From the NCBI GenBank assembly GCA_040905765.1, contig JBBDQX010000085.1:1-43299 (forward strand): a stretch of DNA of 43,299 nt. The letters run 5' to 3'. The notes under the pieces are model-generated. The model was not told the origin of the DNA and ran no database searches. It saw only the letters and a list, made by a program, of their open reading frames with translations. Numbering within the stretch: position 1 is the stretch's first letter; every line of letters starts with the position of its first letter. A program made the translations under genes and the position numbers. The stretch is from Acetobacterales bacterium (GTDB taxonomy: Bacteria > Pseudomonadota > Alphaproteobacteria > JBBDQX01). Below, piece after piece: positions 18,625-28,254 of this stretch.

Positions 18625-20013
18625 CTAGAACGAAGGCGGCGCTTCCACCCCGGTGTCGGCGAGCACCTTGCGAACCTCTGCCTTCAGCCGTTCCAGGCCT
18701 GCCTCGTCGCGCCCCTCGCAGCGGGCGACCAGCACGGCCTGCGTATTGGATGCACGCAGCAGCCACCAACCGTCCGCGGTGGTGACACGGACGCCGTCGA
18801 CGTCGTTGACGTCGGCCCCTTCCGCCTTCAGCCGCTGCTTGACCGAATCGATCACCCTGAACTTGCGGTCCTCCGCGCAGTCGAAGCGCACCTCCGGGGT
18901 GTTCAGGACCTGCGGCAGCGCGCGGCGCTGCTCAGCCAGGCTGCGGCCGCTCCGCGACAGCAGCCCGAGCAGCCGGATCGCCGCATAGGGCGCGTCGTCG
19001 AAGCCATAGTAGCGATCGGCGAAGAAGATATGGCCGCTCATCTCGCCGGCCAGCGGCGAGCCGGTCTCCGCCATCTTGCTCTTGATCAGCGAATGGCCGG
19101 TGCGCCACATCAGCGGCTTGCCCCCGGCGGCGGCGATCTCGTCGAACAGCACCTTGCTCGCCTTGACGTCCGCGATGATCGTGGCGCCGGGCCGCTGCGC
19201 GAGCACATCGCGCGCCAGCAGAATCAGGAGCTGGTCGCCCCAGATGATGACGCCCTCGCCGTCTACGACGCCGATGCGGTCGCCGTCGCCGTCGAAGGCG
19301 ATGCCGAGGTCGGCTCCCAGCCTCGCGACCTCCTCGCGGAGGTCCTCGAGGTTCTCCTGCACGGTCGGGTCGGGATGGTGGTTCGGGAAGCGGCCGTCGA
19401 TCTCGTCGAACAGCAGGTGGTGGTCGCCCGGCAGCTTCGCCGTCAGCGCCCGCACCACGTCCCCGGTGACGCCGTTGCCGCAGTCCCAGACGACCTTGAG
19501 GCCACCGTCGCCGTCGTAGTCCTGCAGCAGCCGGTCCACGTAGTCGTCGGCGACGGCACGTTGGGTGGCGCTGCCCTTGCCTGCCGCGCCTGCGGCGCCC
19601 TCTGCCGCGACCTGGCCAAGGCGGACGATGTCCTTGCCGAAGAACGGGCGACCTCCGATCACCATCTTGAAGCCGTTGTATTCCGGCGGGTTGTGGGACC
19701 CGGTGATCATCATTCCGCCCCCCGCCTGCAGCGTCTTGGCGGCGTAGTAGAGCATGGGGGTCGGTCCCTGCCCGATGCGCCAGGCATCGACGCCCGCAGA
19801 CACGATGCCATCGACTGCCGCCGCCTCAAGTTCGGGGGAACTCAGCCGCCCGTCGTAGCCGATGCAGACGCTGTCTCCGCCCTCCGCCGCCACGAGCATG
19901 GCGAAGGCGCGCCCGATAGCGCGGGCGTCGTCCGCCGTCAGGGACTCCCCGACGATGCCGCGGATGTCGTACTCGCGCAGGATCGTCGGATCGAGGCGCC
20001 GGCCCTCAGTCAC
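18625..20013 (-). CDS. Phosphomannomutase/phosphoglucomutase
   Basis: REYDIRG, DGRLSS, TGSHNP phosphoserine motif, DGDGDR, GEMSGH, RASNTQ; GTG start overlaps the ugd end. Confidence 0.95.
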   Translation of the reverse strand: MTEGRRLDPTILREYDIRGIVGESLTADDARAIGRAFAMLVAAEGGDSVCIGYDGRLSSPELEAAAVDGIVSAGVDAWRIGQGPTPMLYYAAKTLQAGGGMMITGSHNPPEYNGFKMVIGGRPFFGKDIVRLGQVAAEGAAGAAGKGSATQRAVADDYVDRLLQDYDGDGGLKVVWDCGNGVTGDVVRALTAKLPGDHHLLFDEIDGRFPNHHPDPTVQENLEDLREEVARLGADLGIAFDGDGDRIGVVDGEGVIIWGDQLLILLARDVLAQRPGATIIADVKASKVLFDEIAAAGGKPLMWRTGHSLIKSKMAETGSPLAGEMSGHIFFADRYYGFDDAPYAAIRLLGLLSRSGRSLAEQRRALPQVLNTPEVRFDCAEDRKFRVIDSVKQRLKAEGADVNDVDGVRVTTADGWWLLRASNTQAVLVARCEGRDEAGLERLKAEVRKVLADTGVEAPPSF

Positions 20014-21364
20014 CCGCTGAAGCCTTCTTCTGCGGCATCGCCTGGACGGGGACACCCACCGGCGTACGGCCGATGGAATGATAGGTAAAGCCGGCCTGCT
20101 CCATCTCTTCCGGTACGTAGATGTTGCGCAAGTCGACGATCAGCGGCCGCCGCATCAGGGTCTTCAGGCGATCGAGATCCAACGCACGGAACGCGTTCCA
20201 CTCCGTCAGGATGACGACGCAGTCGGCGCCTTCCGCCGCCTCGTAGGCATCGGTGCACCACCCGACGCCGTCGAGCAGCTTCCGTGCCTCCGGCATGCCC
20301 TCCGGATCATGTGCCCGGATCGTCGCGCCCGCCTGCTGCAGGCCCGGCACGATGACGAGGCTCGGCGAATCCCGCATGTCGTCCGTGTTCGGCTTGAAGG
20401 TCAGGCCGAGCACGGCGATCGTCTTGCCTGCGACGTCGCCACCGCATGCCGCGACGATCTTTTCCGTCATCCGCTGCTTACGCGACTCGTTGACCTCGAC
20501 AACCGCGTCGACGATCTTCTGTGGTGCCCCGAAGCGCTCGCCGATGCGCGAGAATGCGAGCGTGTCCTTGGGGAAGCAGGAACCGCCGAAGCCGGGGCCG
20601 GCGTGAAGGAACTTCGACCCGATACGTCCGTCGAGGCCGAGCGCGCGGGCGACGTGCTGGACGTTGCCGTCGGCGACCTCGCAGAGGTCAGCAACCTGGT
20701 TGATGAAGGTGATCTTGGTCGCGAGGAAGGCGTTGGCCGCGTACTTGATGATTTCCGCCGTTTCCAGCGTGGTCGCCACAATCGGCGTCTCGTTGAGGTA
20801 GAGCGGCCGGTAGAGCCCGCGCATCACCTGCATCGCGCGGTCGCTCTCGACCCCGATGACGATGCGGTCGGGCCGCACGAAGTCCTCGATCGCCGAGCCC
20901 TCGCGCAGGAATTCGGGGTTTGAGACCATGTCGAAGTCCACACCCGGTCGCTCGGCGGCGATGATCCGCTCGACCTCGCGGCCGGTACCGACGGGGACCG
21001 TCGACTTGGTGACGACGACGGTATAACCCTCCATCGCCCCCGCCACTTCCCGTGCCGCGGCATAGACGTAGCTGAGGTCGGCGTAGCCGTCGCCGCGCCG
21101 GGTCGGGGTGCCGACCGCGATGAACACGGCGTCGGCGTCCTTCACCGCCGAGGGGAGGTCCGTCGAGAAGTGCAGCCGTCCGGCCGCGACGTTGCGCTGC
21201 ACGTAATCGTCGAGGCCCGGTTCGTAGATTGGAATCTCGCCGCGGCAAAGGCGGTCGATCTTCTCGACGTCCTTGTCGACGCAGATCACGTCGACACCAA
21301 ATTCGGAGAAACAGGCGCCGGATACGAGCCCGACATATCCTGTTCCGATCATAGCGATACGCAT
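20006..21364 (-). CDS. ugd: UDP-glucose 6-dehydrogenase
   Basis: [47 protein letters not shown]. Confidence 0.96.
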   Translation of the reverse strand: MRIAMIGTGYVGLVSGACFSEFGVDVICVDKDVEKIDRLCRGEIPIYEPGLDDYVQRNVAAGRLHFSTDLPSAVKDADAVFIAVGTPTRRGDGYADLSYVYAAAREVAGAMEGYTVVVTKSTVPVGTGREVERIIAAERPGVDFDMVSNPEFLREGSAIEDFVRPDRIVIGVESDRAMQVMRGLYRPLYLNETPIVATTLETAEIIKYAANAFLATKITFINQVADLCEVADGNVQHVARALGLDGRIGSKFLHAGPGFGGSCFPKDTLAFSRIGERFGAPQKIVDAVVEVNESRKQRMTEKIVAACGGDVAGKTIAVLGLTFKPNTDDMRDSPSLVIVPGLQQAGATIRAHDPEGMPEARKLLDGVGWCTDAYEAAEGADCVVILTEWNAFRALDLDRLKTLMRRPLIVDLRNIYVPEEMEQAGFTYHSIGRTPVGVPVQAMPQKKASAGD

Positions 21365-21400
21365 ACATGCCTCCGGTCGACGCCGAGGGCCGGTGGTCCC

Positions 21401-22273
21401 TCAGCCGATGTTTTCCTTCAGGAAGGCCAGTACGTCGTCGCGCAGGTCGTCGCGCTGCAACGCGAATGCGACGTTCGCCTTCACGTAGCCGGCCTTGTTG
21501 CCGCAATCGAAACGCTGTCCCTCGAAGCGCAGCCCGTGGAACGGGATGCGCCCGATGGTGCGCGCGATCGCGTCGGTCAACTGGATTTCGCCGCCTGCTC
21601 CCTGCTCCTGTTCCTCCAGCATCCTGAAGATCTCAGGTTGCAGGATATAACGGCCTATAATCGACAAGGTTGAAGGCGCCTCGTCCGGCGCCGGCTTCTC
21701 GACCAAGCCCTTGACCCCGACCAGCGGGCCGTCCTCGCTGGCGATGTCGAGGATGCCGTAGCGGTCGGTATGCTCGCGTGGAACATCCATCACCGCGACA
21801 ATGTTCCCGCCATACTTGTTATAGACGTCGACCATCTGCTTGAGGCAGGGGGTCTTGGACAGCACGAGGTCGTCGGGCAGGATCACCGCGAAGGGCTCGT
21901 CGTCGATCAACGGACCGGCGCAGGCGACGGCGTGTCCCAGCCCGAGCGCCTGCTGCTGACGGGTGAAGAAGGCCGCGCCCGGCTCCAGCAGCGCCCCTTC
22001 GAGCTGGCGCAGCGCGTCGTCTTTCGCGCCCTCCCTGAGCACGCGTTCCAGTTCGAACGCGTGATCGAAATAGTTCTCCATCGCCCCCTTGCCGCGCCCC
22101 GTAATGAACACGAAACGCTCCATCCCGGCCTGACGCGCCTCCTCCACCGCATAGTGGATCAGCGGCGTGTCGACGACCGGCAGCATCTCCTTCGGTACTG
22201 TCTTGGTAGCGGGAAGGAACCGGGTACCGAACCCGGCGACGGGAAACACAACCGTACGGAGGGGCTTGGACAC
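21401..22273 (-). CDS. galU: UTP--glucose-1-phosphate uridylyltransferase
   Basis: PVAGFGTRFLPATK, KEMLP, LGLGHA, VEKP, GEIQLTD, FDCG; GTG start with AGGGAG RBS. Confidence 0.95.
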   Translation of the reverse strand: MSKPLRTVVFPVAGFGTRFLPATKTVPKEMLPVVDTPLIHYAVEEARQAGMERFVFITGRGKGAMENYFDHAFELERVLREGAKDDALRQLEGALLEPGAAFFTRQQQALGLGHAVACAGPLIDDEPFAVILPDDLVLSKTPCLKQMVDVYNKYGGNIVAVMDVPREHTDRYGILDIASEDGPLVGVKGLVEKPAPDEAPSTLSIIGRYILQPEIFRMLEEQEQGAGGEIQLTDAIARTIGRIPFHGLRFEGQRFDCGNKAGYVKANVAFALQRDDLRDDVLAFLKENIG

Positions 22274-22402
22274 GAACACTCCCTGTCGGTGACATGTCGA
22301 AAGGCGCGCCGCTGCGGCCGAGCCGCCCCGCGCAGCGGCCACGCAAGGGTGCTTTTCGCACATCGGCGGGGGCAGCGGCAAGATGCCAGCCGCGACGAGG
22401 CC

Positions 22403-23128
22403 CTACCCGGGCCTGCGGAGCAGCACGTCCTTCGCCTGGTTGATCTTCGCGGCAAGGTAGTCCGAGCCGCCCTGGTCGGGATGAAAGCGCGCGATCAGGG
22501 CCCGGTGCGCGCGCTTGATTTCCGCCTCGGACGCCCCCGGTTCCAGCCCGAGCACGCGGCAGGCCTCCTCGGCGTCCATCGCGCCACCGGGAGGTCGGCC
22601 GGCTTCACGGCGGGTGCCCTCCGCATCCCCTCCGCGCCAGTCCGGCCCGCGGTTCCGGTCCAGCCAGGATTCCAGCAACGCGGCACCCTGCGGGTCGTCG
22701 CGGCGGCATTCCTCGAGCAACGCCAGCAGATCCTCCTCCGAGAGCTCCGACAGTGCCCGTCCGGCATAGGAGCCGCGCAGCACGTAACCGGCCAGCCCGC
22801 CGCTGTCGTGATCCAGGGTCATCGCCAGCATCGCCGTCTCGACGCGGGATTTCCGCCCCTCCGAGGCCCGCCCGCCTCGCATGAAGGACCGTGTCGTGCG
22901 GTATACCTGGAACCACCGCGCTATGGCGGGAATCATCCCGATCAGCGCAATCAGGGCGTATCCCAGCTTGCCCGTGACGAGCAGGCCGATGGCGATCGCC
23001 AGAACGACCGAGAACAGGACCCAACGCAAAGCCCGCACCAGGCTCGCCGGGCTCGCGGAGACGTACCAGCGGGTGAGCAGGATGCCGCCGATCAGCAGCG
23101 CGATCCCGAGGAAGAAGAGCGGCACCAT
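22403..23128 (-). CDS. Membrane-anchored J-domain protein (C-terminal J domain)
   Basis: About three N-terminal hydrophobic helices; MTLDHDSG middle domain; EACRVLGL...HPDQGGS...INQAKD J domain. Confidence 0.85.
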   Translation of the reverse strand: MVPLFFLGIALLIGGILLTRWYVSASPASLVRALRWVLFSVVLAIAIGLLVTGKLGYALIALIGMIPAIARWFQVYRTTRSFMRGGRASEGRKSRVETAMLAMTLDHDSGGLAGYVLRGSYAGRALSELSEEDLLALLEECRRDDPQGAALLESWLDRNRGPDWRGGDAEGTRREAGRPPGGAMDAEEACRVLGLEPGASEAEIKRAHRALIARFHPDQGGSDYLAAKINQAKDVLLRRPG

Positions 23129-23138
23129 GGGCGGTGCG

Positions 23139-23861
23139 TCAGCCGCCCCGCCGTCGATCGGAAAGCTGGTCGGTCAACTGCCGCACCGGCCCGCCGGCCT
23201 GTCGCGTGTAGTCCTCCAGCGCACGCCTGCCGCCGGCGGCATAGACCGCGGCCGCCGTGAGCAGGTCGCGCAGCACGTCGGCGCTGCTGGAATCGAAGGG
23301 GCACCACGCTCCGTTGGCGAGCGTGGCGAAGTGCCGGAAGGCCCGCGTCGCGATGGGATCATGCCCTTCCTGGAACAGGAACGCCGGAACCCCGAGGATG
23401 CCGAGTTGGCCGGCATGCTCGCTGAGTTCGTCGACATCCTCCTCCATCGCGTCGCCGACGAAAACCAGGGCCGCGACGGGCTTCTTCCGGTGCTCTCGAA
23501 TCGCATGTTGCAGTACCCGGCCGATCTGGGTCTGGCCGCCGCGGCAGCGCACGGCCGTCATCTTGCGCAGAAGGTCACCCGATTCGCTCAGCCACGGCGT
23601 GGCCCTGAACTCACGAAAGCCGCGGTAGAAGGCGACCTGCATCTCAAGCCCGCCGATCATGGCCGTCGCCGCGAACATCTCGGCCTGCAGATGCGACGCG
23701 CGGTCCCATGTCGGCTCCCGGCTGGCGGTGGCATCGAGCGCGAACAGCAGCCTGCCACGGGAGCCCTCGCCACGTGGCGGCGCCGCCGCCACCTTCCGCA
23801 GGAAGGCATCGACCTCGGCGGGACTCGATCGGCTGGGTATGTTGCGGTCTTCTCCGGTCAT
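23139..23861 (-). CDS. vWA domain-containing protein
   Basis: LLFALDATASR (MIDAS-like DxTxS), GQTQI, FVGDAMEE, FLFQEG. Confidence 0.85.
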   Translation of the reverse strand: MTGEDRNIPSRSSPAEVDAFLRKVAAAPPRGEGSRGRLLFALDATASREPTWDRASHLQAEMFAATAMIGGLEMQVAFYRGFREFRATPWLSESGDLLRKMTAVRCRGGQTQIGRVLQHAIREHRKKPVAALVFVGDAMEEDVDELSEHAGQLGILGVPAFLFQEGHDPIATRAFRHFATLANGAWCPFDSSSADVLRDLLTAAAVYAAGGRRALEDYTRQAGGPVRQLTDQLSDRRRGG

Positions 23862-23950
23862 CGCGCTCTTGCCTTCGACCGGCTACAGTTAGTGCTGATC
23901 GACGGTGGGGTCCAGAGGCCGTGCCGGCGCCGGTTCCGGATTCGTTCGGC

Positions 23951-23966
23951 CTAACAGTTTGTTAAC
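23951..23966 (+). promoter_or_regulatory. CtrA-like box in the vWA / GH114-like divergent region
   Basis: CTAA-CAGTTTG-TTAAC; one mismatch to TTAA-N7-TTAAC. Confidence 0.5.
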
Positions 23967-24014
23967 GCATCCGCTGTCTACTGCGGACAGAAGCCCGAAA
24001 CCGAGTATCGGACG

Positions 24015-25232
24015 ATGGCGGCCTGGCACGACTGCGTCTTTCCCTGCGTCTGCACGCTGCTGACCTGCACGTTCGCGGAGCCCGACACCGGTGCCCTCGA
24101 CGCGGCGCGGCAGGGACAGCAGCCGGACCAGCCCGGCATGACCGAACGGACGCCGGGCGCCGAGGCCGGCCGCGCCCTGGGAGGGCGCGCGTCGCAGCCG
24201 CAGGAAGTGGTGGAGCCGCCGAACCCCTACCGCATATTCGGCGAGAACCAGCGTGTGCCCTTCGCCGACCGGATGCGCGAACTGATCATCGCGATCAGCG
24301 CCTACACCGAACAGCGGCGGCCGGGATTCGCCATCATCGTAGAAAACGGACTCGATCTGGTCACTGCCGACGGCACGCTGAAGACCGACCCGGTCGACAG
24401 CTTCATCGCCGCCATCGACGGCGTGATCGTCGACGGCCTCTACGCGCCCGGCACCACTATCGCCGATCGTGGCGAGAAGATGGAACTGGTCCGTCGCGGC
24501 CGCGGCGACCACTGGGCCGTGCTGGCGATGGAGCGACTGCCTCCGGGCGCCGACCCTGCACCGGTCGTCCGTCAGCTCCAGGAACTGGACATGATCCCGC
24601 TGATCGCGCCGTTCGAGGTGTCGCCGGAGGCGCCGCTGCCCGATCTGCGCAACAGGCCGATCAACGAGAGCGCGGACAACATCACGCGTCTGACCGGCGT
24701 CCGGAACTATCTCAACCTGACGGACGCCTCGGGCTTCATGTCGCAGGGTGCGATGGTGGAGCTGCTGACCAGGACGAACTACGACATGCTGGTGCTGCCG
24801 CTGCACCATCCACAGGGCCGCTATATCTCGCAGGACGACGTCAGGGACCTGCGCCTGAAGCGTCTCGGCTCGCGCCGGGCCCTCGTGGGACGTCTGTCGG
24901 TGGCCGAGGCGGAGGCAGGGTCCTATTACTGGCGGCCCGAATGGTCGGTGCGCCGACCGCGCTGGGTACAGGAGGCGGGACGGCGCGACGGCACATTCTT
25001 CACGCGCTTCTGGCAGCGCGAATGGCAGCAGATTCTTTTCGGAGACAGTCGCTCGGTGATCGACGGTGTCCTGGCGGTCGGGCTCGACGGCATCGTGCTC
25101 GATGTCGCCAATGTCCACCGGATCTACGACCTCGAGCAGGATGCCTCGGAGGACGCGGCCGGCGTCAAGCGCCGCACGATCAGTTCCGACCGCACGCTGG
25201 AGATGATCCAGCAACTGCGCGGCACGCGCTAG
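24015..25232 (+). CDS. GH114 / TM1410-like (endo-alpha-1,4-polygalactosaminidase-like) protein, circularly permuted
   Basis: MRELIIAISAY...PGFAIIVENG and IDGV blocks come before YDMLVL, LSVAEAE..YYW, FWQREWQ and GLDGIVLD blocks; start uncertain. Confidence 0.65.
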   Translation: MAAWHDCVFPCVCTLLTCTFAEPDTGALDAARQGQQPDQPGMTERTPGAEAGRALGGRASQPQEVVEPPNPYRIFGENQRVPFADRMRELIIAISAYTEQRRPGFAIIVENGLDLVTADGTLKTDPVDSFIAAIDGVIVDGLYAPGTTIADRGEKMELVRRGRGDHWAVLAMERLPPGADPAPVVRQLQELDMIPLIAPFEVSPEAPLPDLRNRPINESADNITRLTGVRNYLNLTDASGFMSQGAMVELLTRTNYDMLVLPLHHPQGRYISQDDVRDLRLKRLGSRRALVGRLSVAEAEAGSYYWRPEWSVRRPRWVQEAGRRDGTFFTRFWQREWQQILFGDSRSVIDGVLAVGLDGIVLDVANVHRIYDLEQDASEDAAGVKRRTISSDRTLEMIQQLRGTR

Positions 25233-25468
25233 AACTTGTCCACCCGCACCGATTCGACCACGAAGCCCTGATCCTCGGGATAGCGTCGGCGCAGCTTAGC
25301 GTACACGTCGTCCTCGCTCTCGGCCTTGATCTCGATGTAGCGCACGTCGGCCCAGGAATCGTCGAGGAAGCTGTGACGGCGGTCGGCGTTAACCCGCTCG
25401 CGCACATCCTTGTTGTAGAGGGCGACCTCATATCTGCGGAGGAGTCGCGGAACCATCGCGCCTGGCAC
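25229..25468 (-). CDS. Small hypothetical protein
   Basis: Compact ORF with protein-like composition (YEVALYNKDVR...DSWADVRYIEI...YPEDQGFVV); ends convergent with the preceding gene (4-nt overlap); start 25468 or 25456. Confidence 0.7.
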   Translation of the reverse strand: MPGAMVPRLLRRYEVALYNKDVRERVNADRRHSFLDDSWADVRYIEIKAESEDDVYAKLRRRYPEDQGFVVESVRVDKF

Positions 25469-25504
25469 CTCATGACTGGACTGTTACGGCGATGCTGTCT
25501 CCCC

Positions 25505-25526
25505 ACGGTTTATAAAAGGTTACCGT
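25505..25526. promoter_or_regulatory. AT-rich dyad / degenerate CtrA-like site upstream of the small gene
   Basis: ACGGT-TTATAAAAGGTT-ACCGT; contains TTTA-N7-TTAC. Confidence 0.3.
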
Positions 25527-25531
25527 CTTGC

Positions 25532-26470
25532 TCAAGGAAGCCGCGCGATCCTCTGGAACAACAGTTCGAAGAAGCCCTCCGGATCGGCCCTGTGCGCGAC
25601 CATCGCGTTGGGCGGCCGGCGGCTGATGCCGTGCCAGTCCACAACCGTCTGGCCGGTGGTGAATCGTCGTTCCGTCTCGACCTCGACGTTGGCAGGGCGC
25701 AAGCCGAAGAGGTCGGGCTGCAGCAGCCATGCCACCACGCAGGGATCGTGCAACGGCCCGCCCTTCCAGCCGTACCGCCGGCGGTCGAAGCGCGTATAGA
25801 AGTCGAGCATGCGCGCCATCGTCGCGCCGGTACGGTTGCCGATCGCCCGCAACGCCTCGACATGCTGCGGCGTCACCAGGACCCGGTGCGTCACATCGAG
25901 GCCGAACATCACGATCGGAACGCCGGAGCCGAAAACCTCGGCGGCCGCCTCGGGATCGACATGGATGTTGAACTCCGCGACCGGCGTCGTGTTGCCGCCC
26001 GCCGCGGCGCCGCCCATCAGGCAGATTCTGGCGATCCGCGCCCTCATTGCAGGATGGCGCCGCAGCGCCAGCGCGATATTGGTGAGCGGACCGAGGGCAA
26101 CGAGGGTCGCTAACGCACCCTCCGACATCACTGCCTCGGCCAGGAAATCCGCGGCGTGCATGGCCTGCAGCGGCATCCGCGGTTCTGGCAGGTCGGCGCC
26201 GTCCATCCCGCTCTTGCCGTGCACGACCTCGGCGGTATCGAGCACCCGCACGAGCGGACACTCGGCGCCCGCGAACACCGGGACGTCGGTCCGTCCCGCA
26301 AGTTCGCAGACCTGCCGGGCATTGCGGGCCGTCAGCGCAAGCGGCACGTTGCCGGCGACGACGGTGATGCCAAGCAAATCGACATCCTCGGGCGACGCCA
26401 TCGCCAGCAGCAGGGCGACGGCATCGTCCTGGCCGGGGTCGCAGTCTATGACGACGCGGTGTACCGCCAT
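25532..26470 (-). CDS. Inosine/uridine-preferring nucleoside hydrolase
   Basis: IDCDPGQDDA, VAGN, VHGKSG, LGPLTN, GNTTPVAEFN, LHDP; true start at 26470, not 28081. Confidence 0.93.
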   Translation of the reverse strand: MAVHRVVIDCDPGQDDAVALLLAMASPEDVDLLGITVVAGNVPLALTARNARQVCELAGRTDVPVFAGAECPLVRVLDTAEVVHGKSGMDGADLPEPRMPLQAMHAADFLAEAVMSEGALATLVALGPLTNIALALRRHPAMRARIARICLMGGAAAGGNTTPVAEFNIHVDPEAAAEVFGSGVPIVMFGLDVTHRVLVTPQHVEALRAIGNRTGATMARMLDFYTRFDRRRYGWKGGPLHDPCVVAWLLQPDLFGLRPANVEVETERRFTTGQTVVDWHGISRRPPNAMVAHRADPEGFFELLFQRIARLP

Positions 26471-26481
26471 CGTGCCGCGGC

Positions 26482-28203
26482 TCAGCCGCCGTGCGAATCG
26501 ATGCCGGCCCGGAAGCGCGTGATCGTGCGGCTGAGCAGAATCACCGGCACGACGCCGGCCACGACGATGGCGAGGGCCGCGAGCCCGGTCTGCTCGATAA
26601 GTTCGTCCTTGGCATACTGGTAGACATAGGTGGCCAGGGTGTCGAAGTTGAACGGGCGCAGCAGCAACGTCGCCGGCAGTTCCTTCATGCTGTCGACGAA
26701 CACCAGAAGCGCCCCGGTCAGCACGCTGCCACGCACCAGCGGCAACTGCACCCGCATCAGCGTCGCGGCGGGTCCGTGGCCAAGCACCCGGGCCGCCTGG
26801 TCCATGGAGGCCGGCACCTTGCCGAACCCCGCTTCTATCGCGCCGTACCCCAGCGCAAAGAAGCGCGCCACATAGGCATAGACCAGGGCGAAGATGGTGC
26901 CGCTCAGCAGCAGGCCGGTGGATACGCCGAAGCGGTCGCGCATGAAGCCGTCGATAGCGTTGTCGAGCGCCCCGAACGGAACGAGGATGCCGATGGCCAG
27001 CACGGCGCCGGGCACCGCATAACCGACGCTGGCGACCCGGGCAAGGCCGCGCAGTAGCGGATCGTCGCGCAACCGGCAGCCATAGGCGACCAGCAGTCCC
27101 AGCACGGCCGTCACGCTCGCCGCGATTCCCGCCAGCATCAGGCTGTTGCCGGCGTAGGTGAGGAACTCCGCCCCCTCGTGCCGCAACCACGTAAGGGCGG
27201 CGTAGTACACGAGGATACCCGCAGGCAGGACGAAGCCCAGCACTACCGGCACGGCGCAGGCCAGCGCCGCGAGCCAGGCGCGGGTACCGCGCAGTTCCAT
27301 CCGGAGTTGCGGGCGCATCCTGGTCGTCAGGTTGTGGAAGCGGCGGCCGGCGCGGGCACGGCGCTCGACCCACAGCAATCCGAGCACGATGGCGAGCAGG
27401 ACGAGCGAGAGCTGGGAGGCCGCGGCGGCGCTGTTCATCGTCAGCCAGACGCTGAAGATGCCGACGGTGAAGGAGTTGACGGCGAACAGGCTTACGGTGC
27501 CGAAATCGCTGATCGTCTCCATCATCACCAGCGCCAGGCCGATGACGATCGATGGACGCGCCATCGGCACGGCCACCGAAAAGAACGTGCGCCACGGCCC
27601 GCGGCCGAGCGTGCGGCTCACCTCCAGGGCGCACACTGACTGCTCGATGAAGGCCGCGCGCGCCAGCAGGAACACGTAGGGATACAGCACCAGGGTCAGC
27701 ATGCAGATGGCGCCGCCGAGACTCCGGATCTCGGGGAACCAGTAGTCGCTGACGAGATGCCAGCCGAACACGGCGCGCAGCGCGCGCTGGACCGGGCCGG
27801 CGAACTCCAGCAGTTCGATGTACAGGAAGGCGATGATGTAGCCCGGCATCGCCATCGGCAGCAGCAGGGCCCATTCGAAGACGCGGCGCCCGGGAAAGCG
27901 GCAGACGGTCACGAGCCAGGCCGTAGCGACGCCGATCACAAGCGTCCCCACCCCCACGCCAGCGGCCAGCCTGACCGTGGTCCAGGCATAGCCCGGAAGC
28001 ACAGTCGAGAGGAGATGCGCCCAGATCGCTGCCGGCGTCTCGAGCGCGAAGGCGGGATCGGTGGCCGTGACCGCAAGCCACAGCACGGCGAGCGGCGGCA
28101 CCGCGACCGCGATCGCGACGGGCGCGGCCGCCAGCAGCCAGGGATCGATACGAAATCCCCGCCGCCGAAAGCCGGCGACGGGGGACTCGGAAATTACCGC
28201 CAT
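26482..28203 (-). CDS. fbpB: Iron(III) ABC transporter permease (duplicated TMD)
   Basis: Many TM helices; LYPYVFLLARAAF, EVSRTLG, METISDFG, KELPATLLLRPFNFDTLA. Confidence 0.92.
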   Translation of the reverse strand: MAVISESPVAGFRRRGFRIDPWLLAAAPVAIAVAVPPLAVLWLAVTATDPAFALETPAAIWAHLLSTVLPGYAWTTVRLAAGVGVGTLVIGVATAWLVTVCRFPGRRVFEWALLLPMAMPGYIIAFLYIELLEFAGPVQRALRAVFGWHLVSDYWFPEIRSLGGAICMLTLVLYPYVFLLARAAFIEQSVCALEVSRTLGRGPWRTFFSVAVPMARPSIVIGLALVMMETISDFGTVSLFAVNSFTVGIFSVWLTMNSAAAASQLSLVLLAIVLGLLWVERRARAGRRFHNLTTRMRPQLRMELRGTRAWLAALACAVPVVLGFVLPAGILVYYAALTWLRHEGAEFLTYAGNSLMLAGIAASVTAVLGLLVAYGCRLRDDPLLRGLARVASVGYAVPGAVLAIGILVPFGALDNAIDGFMRDRFGVSTGLLLSGTIFALVYAYVARFFALGYGAIEAGFGKVPASMDQAARVLGHGPAATLMRVQLPLVRGSVLTGALLVFVDSMKELPATLLLRPFNFDTLATYVYQYAKDELIEQTGLAALAIVVAGVVPVILLSRTITRFRAGIDSHGG

Positions 28204-28215
28204 GGACAGTCGGGT

Positions 28216-28243
28216 CGCCCCGCAGGCACGGGCACGCGGGGCG
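28216..28243 (-). other. Intercistronic hairpin after the substrate-binding protein gene
   Basis: CGCCCCGC/GCGGGGCG 8-bp stem between fbpA and fbpB; may stabilise the upstream mRNA segment. Confidence 0.4.
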
Positions 28244-28254
28244 CTTCCGTCAGA

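Noticed and set aside
22308-22339. 9-bp inverted repeat upstream of galU
   Set aside because: Long loop, no U tract, and plausible by chance at this GC content.
25532-28081. 849-aa ORF suggesting a large nucleoside hydrolase fusion
   Set aside because: The N-terminal part is an off-frame read of fbpB; the hydrolase begins at 26470.
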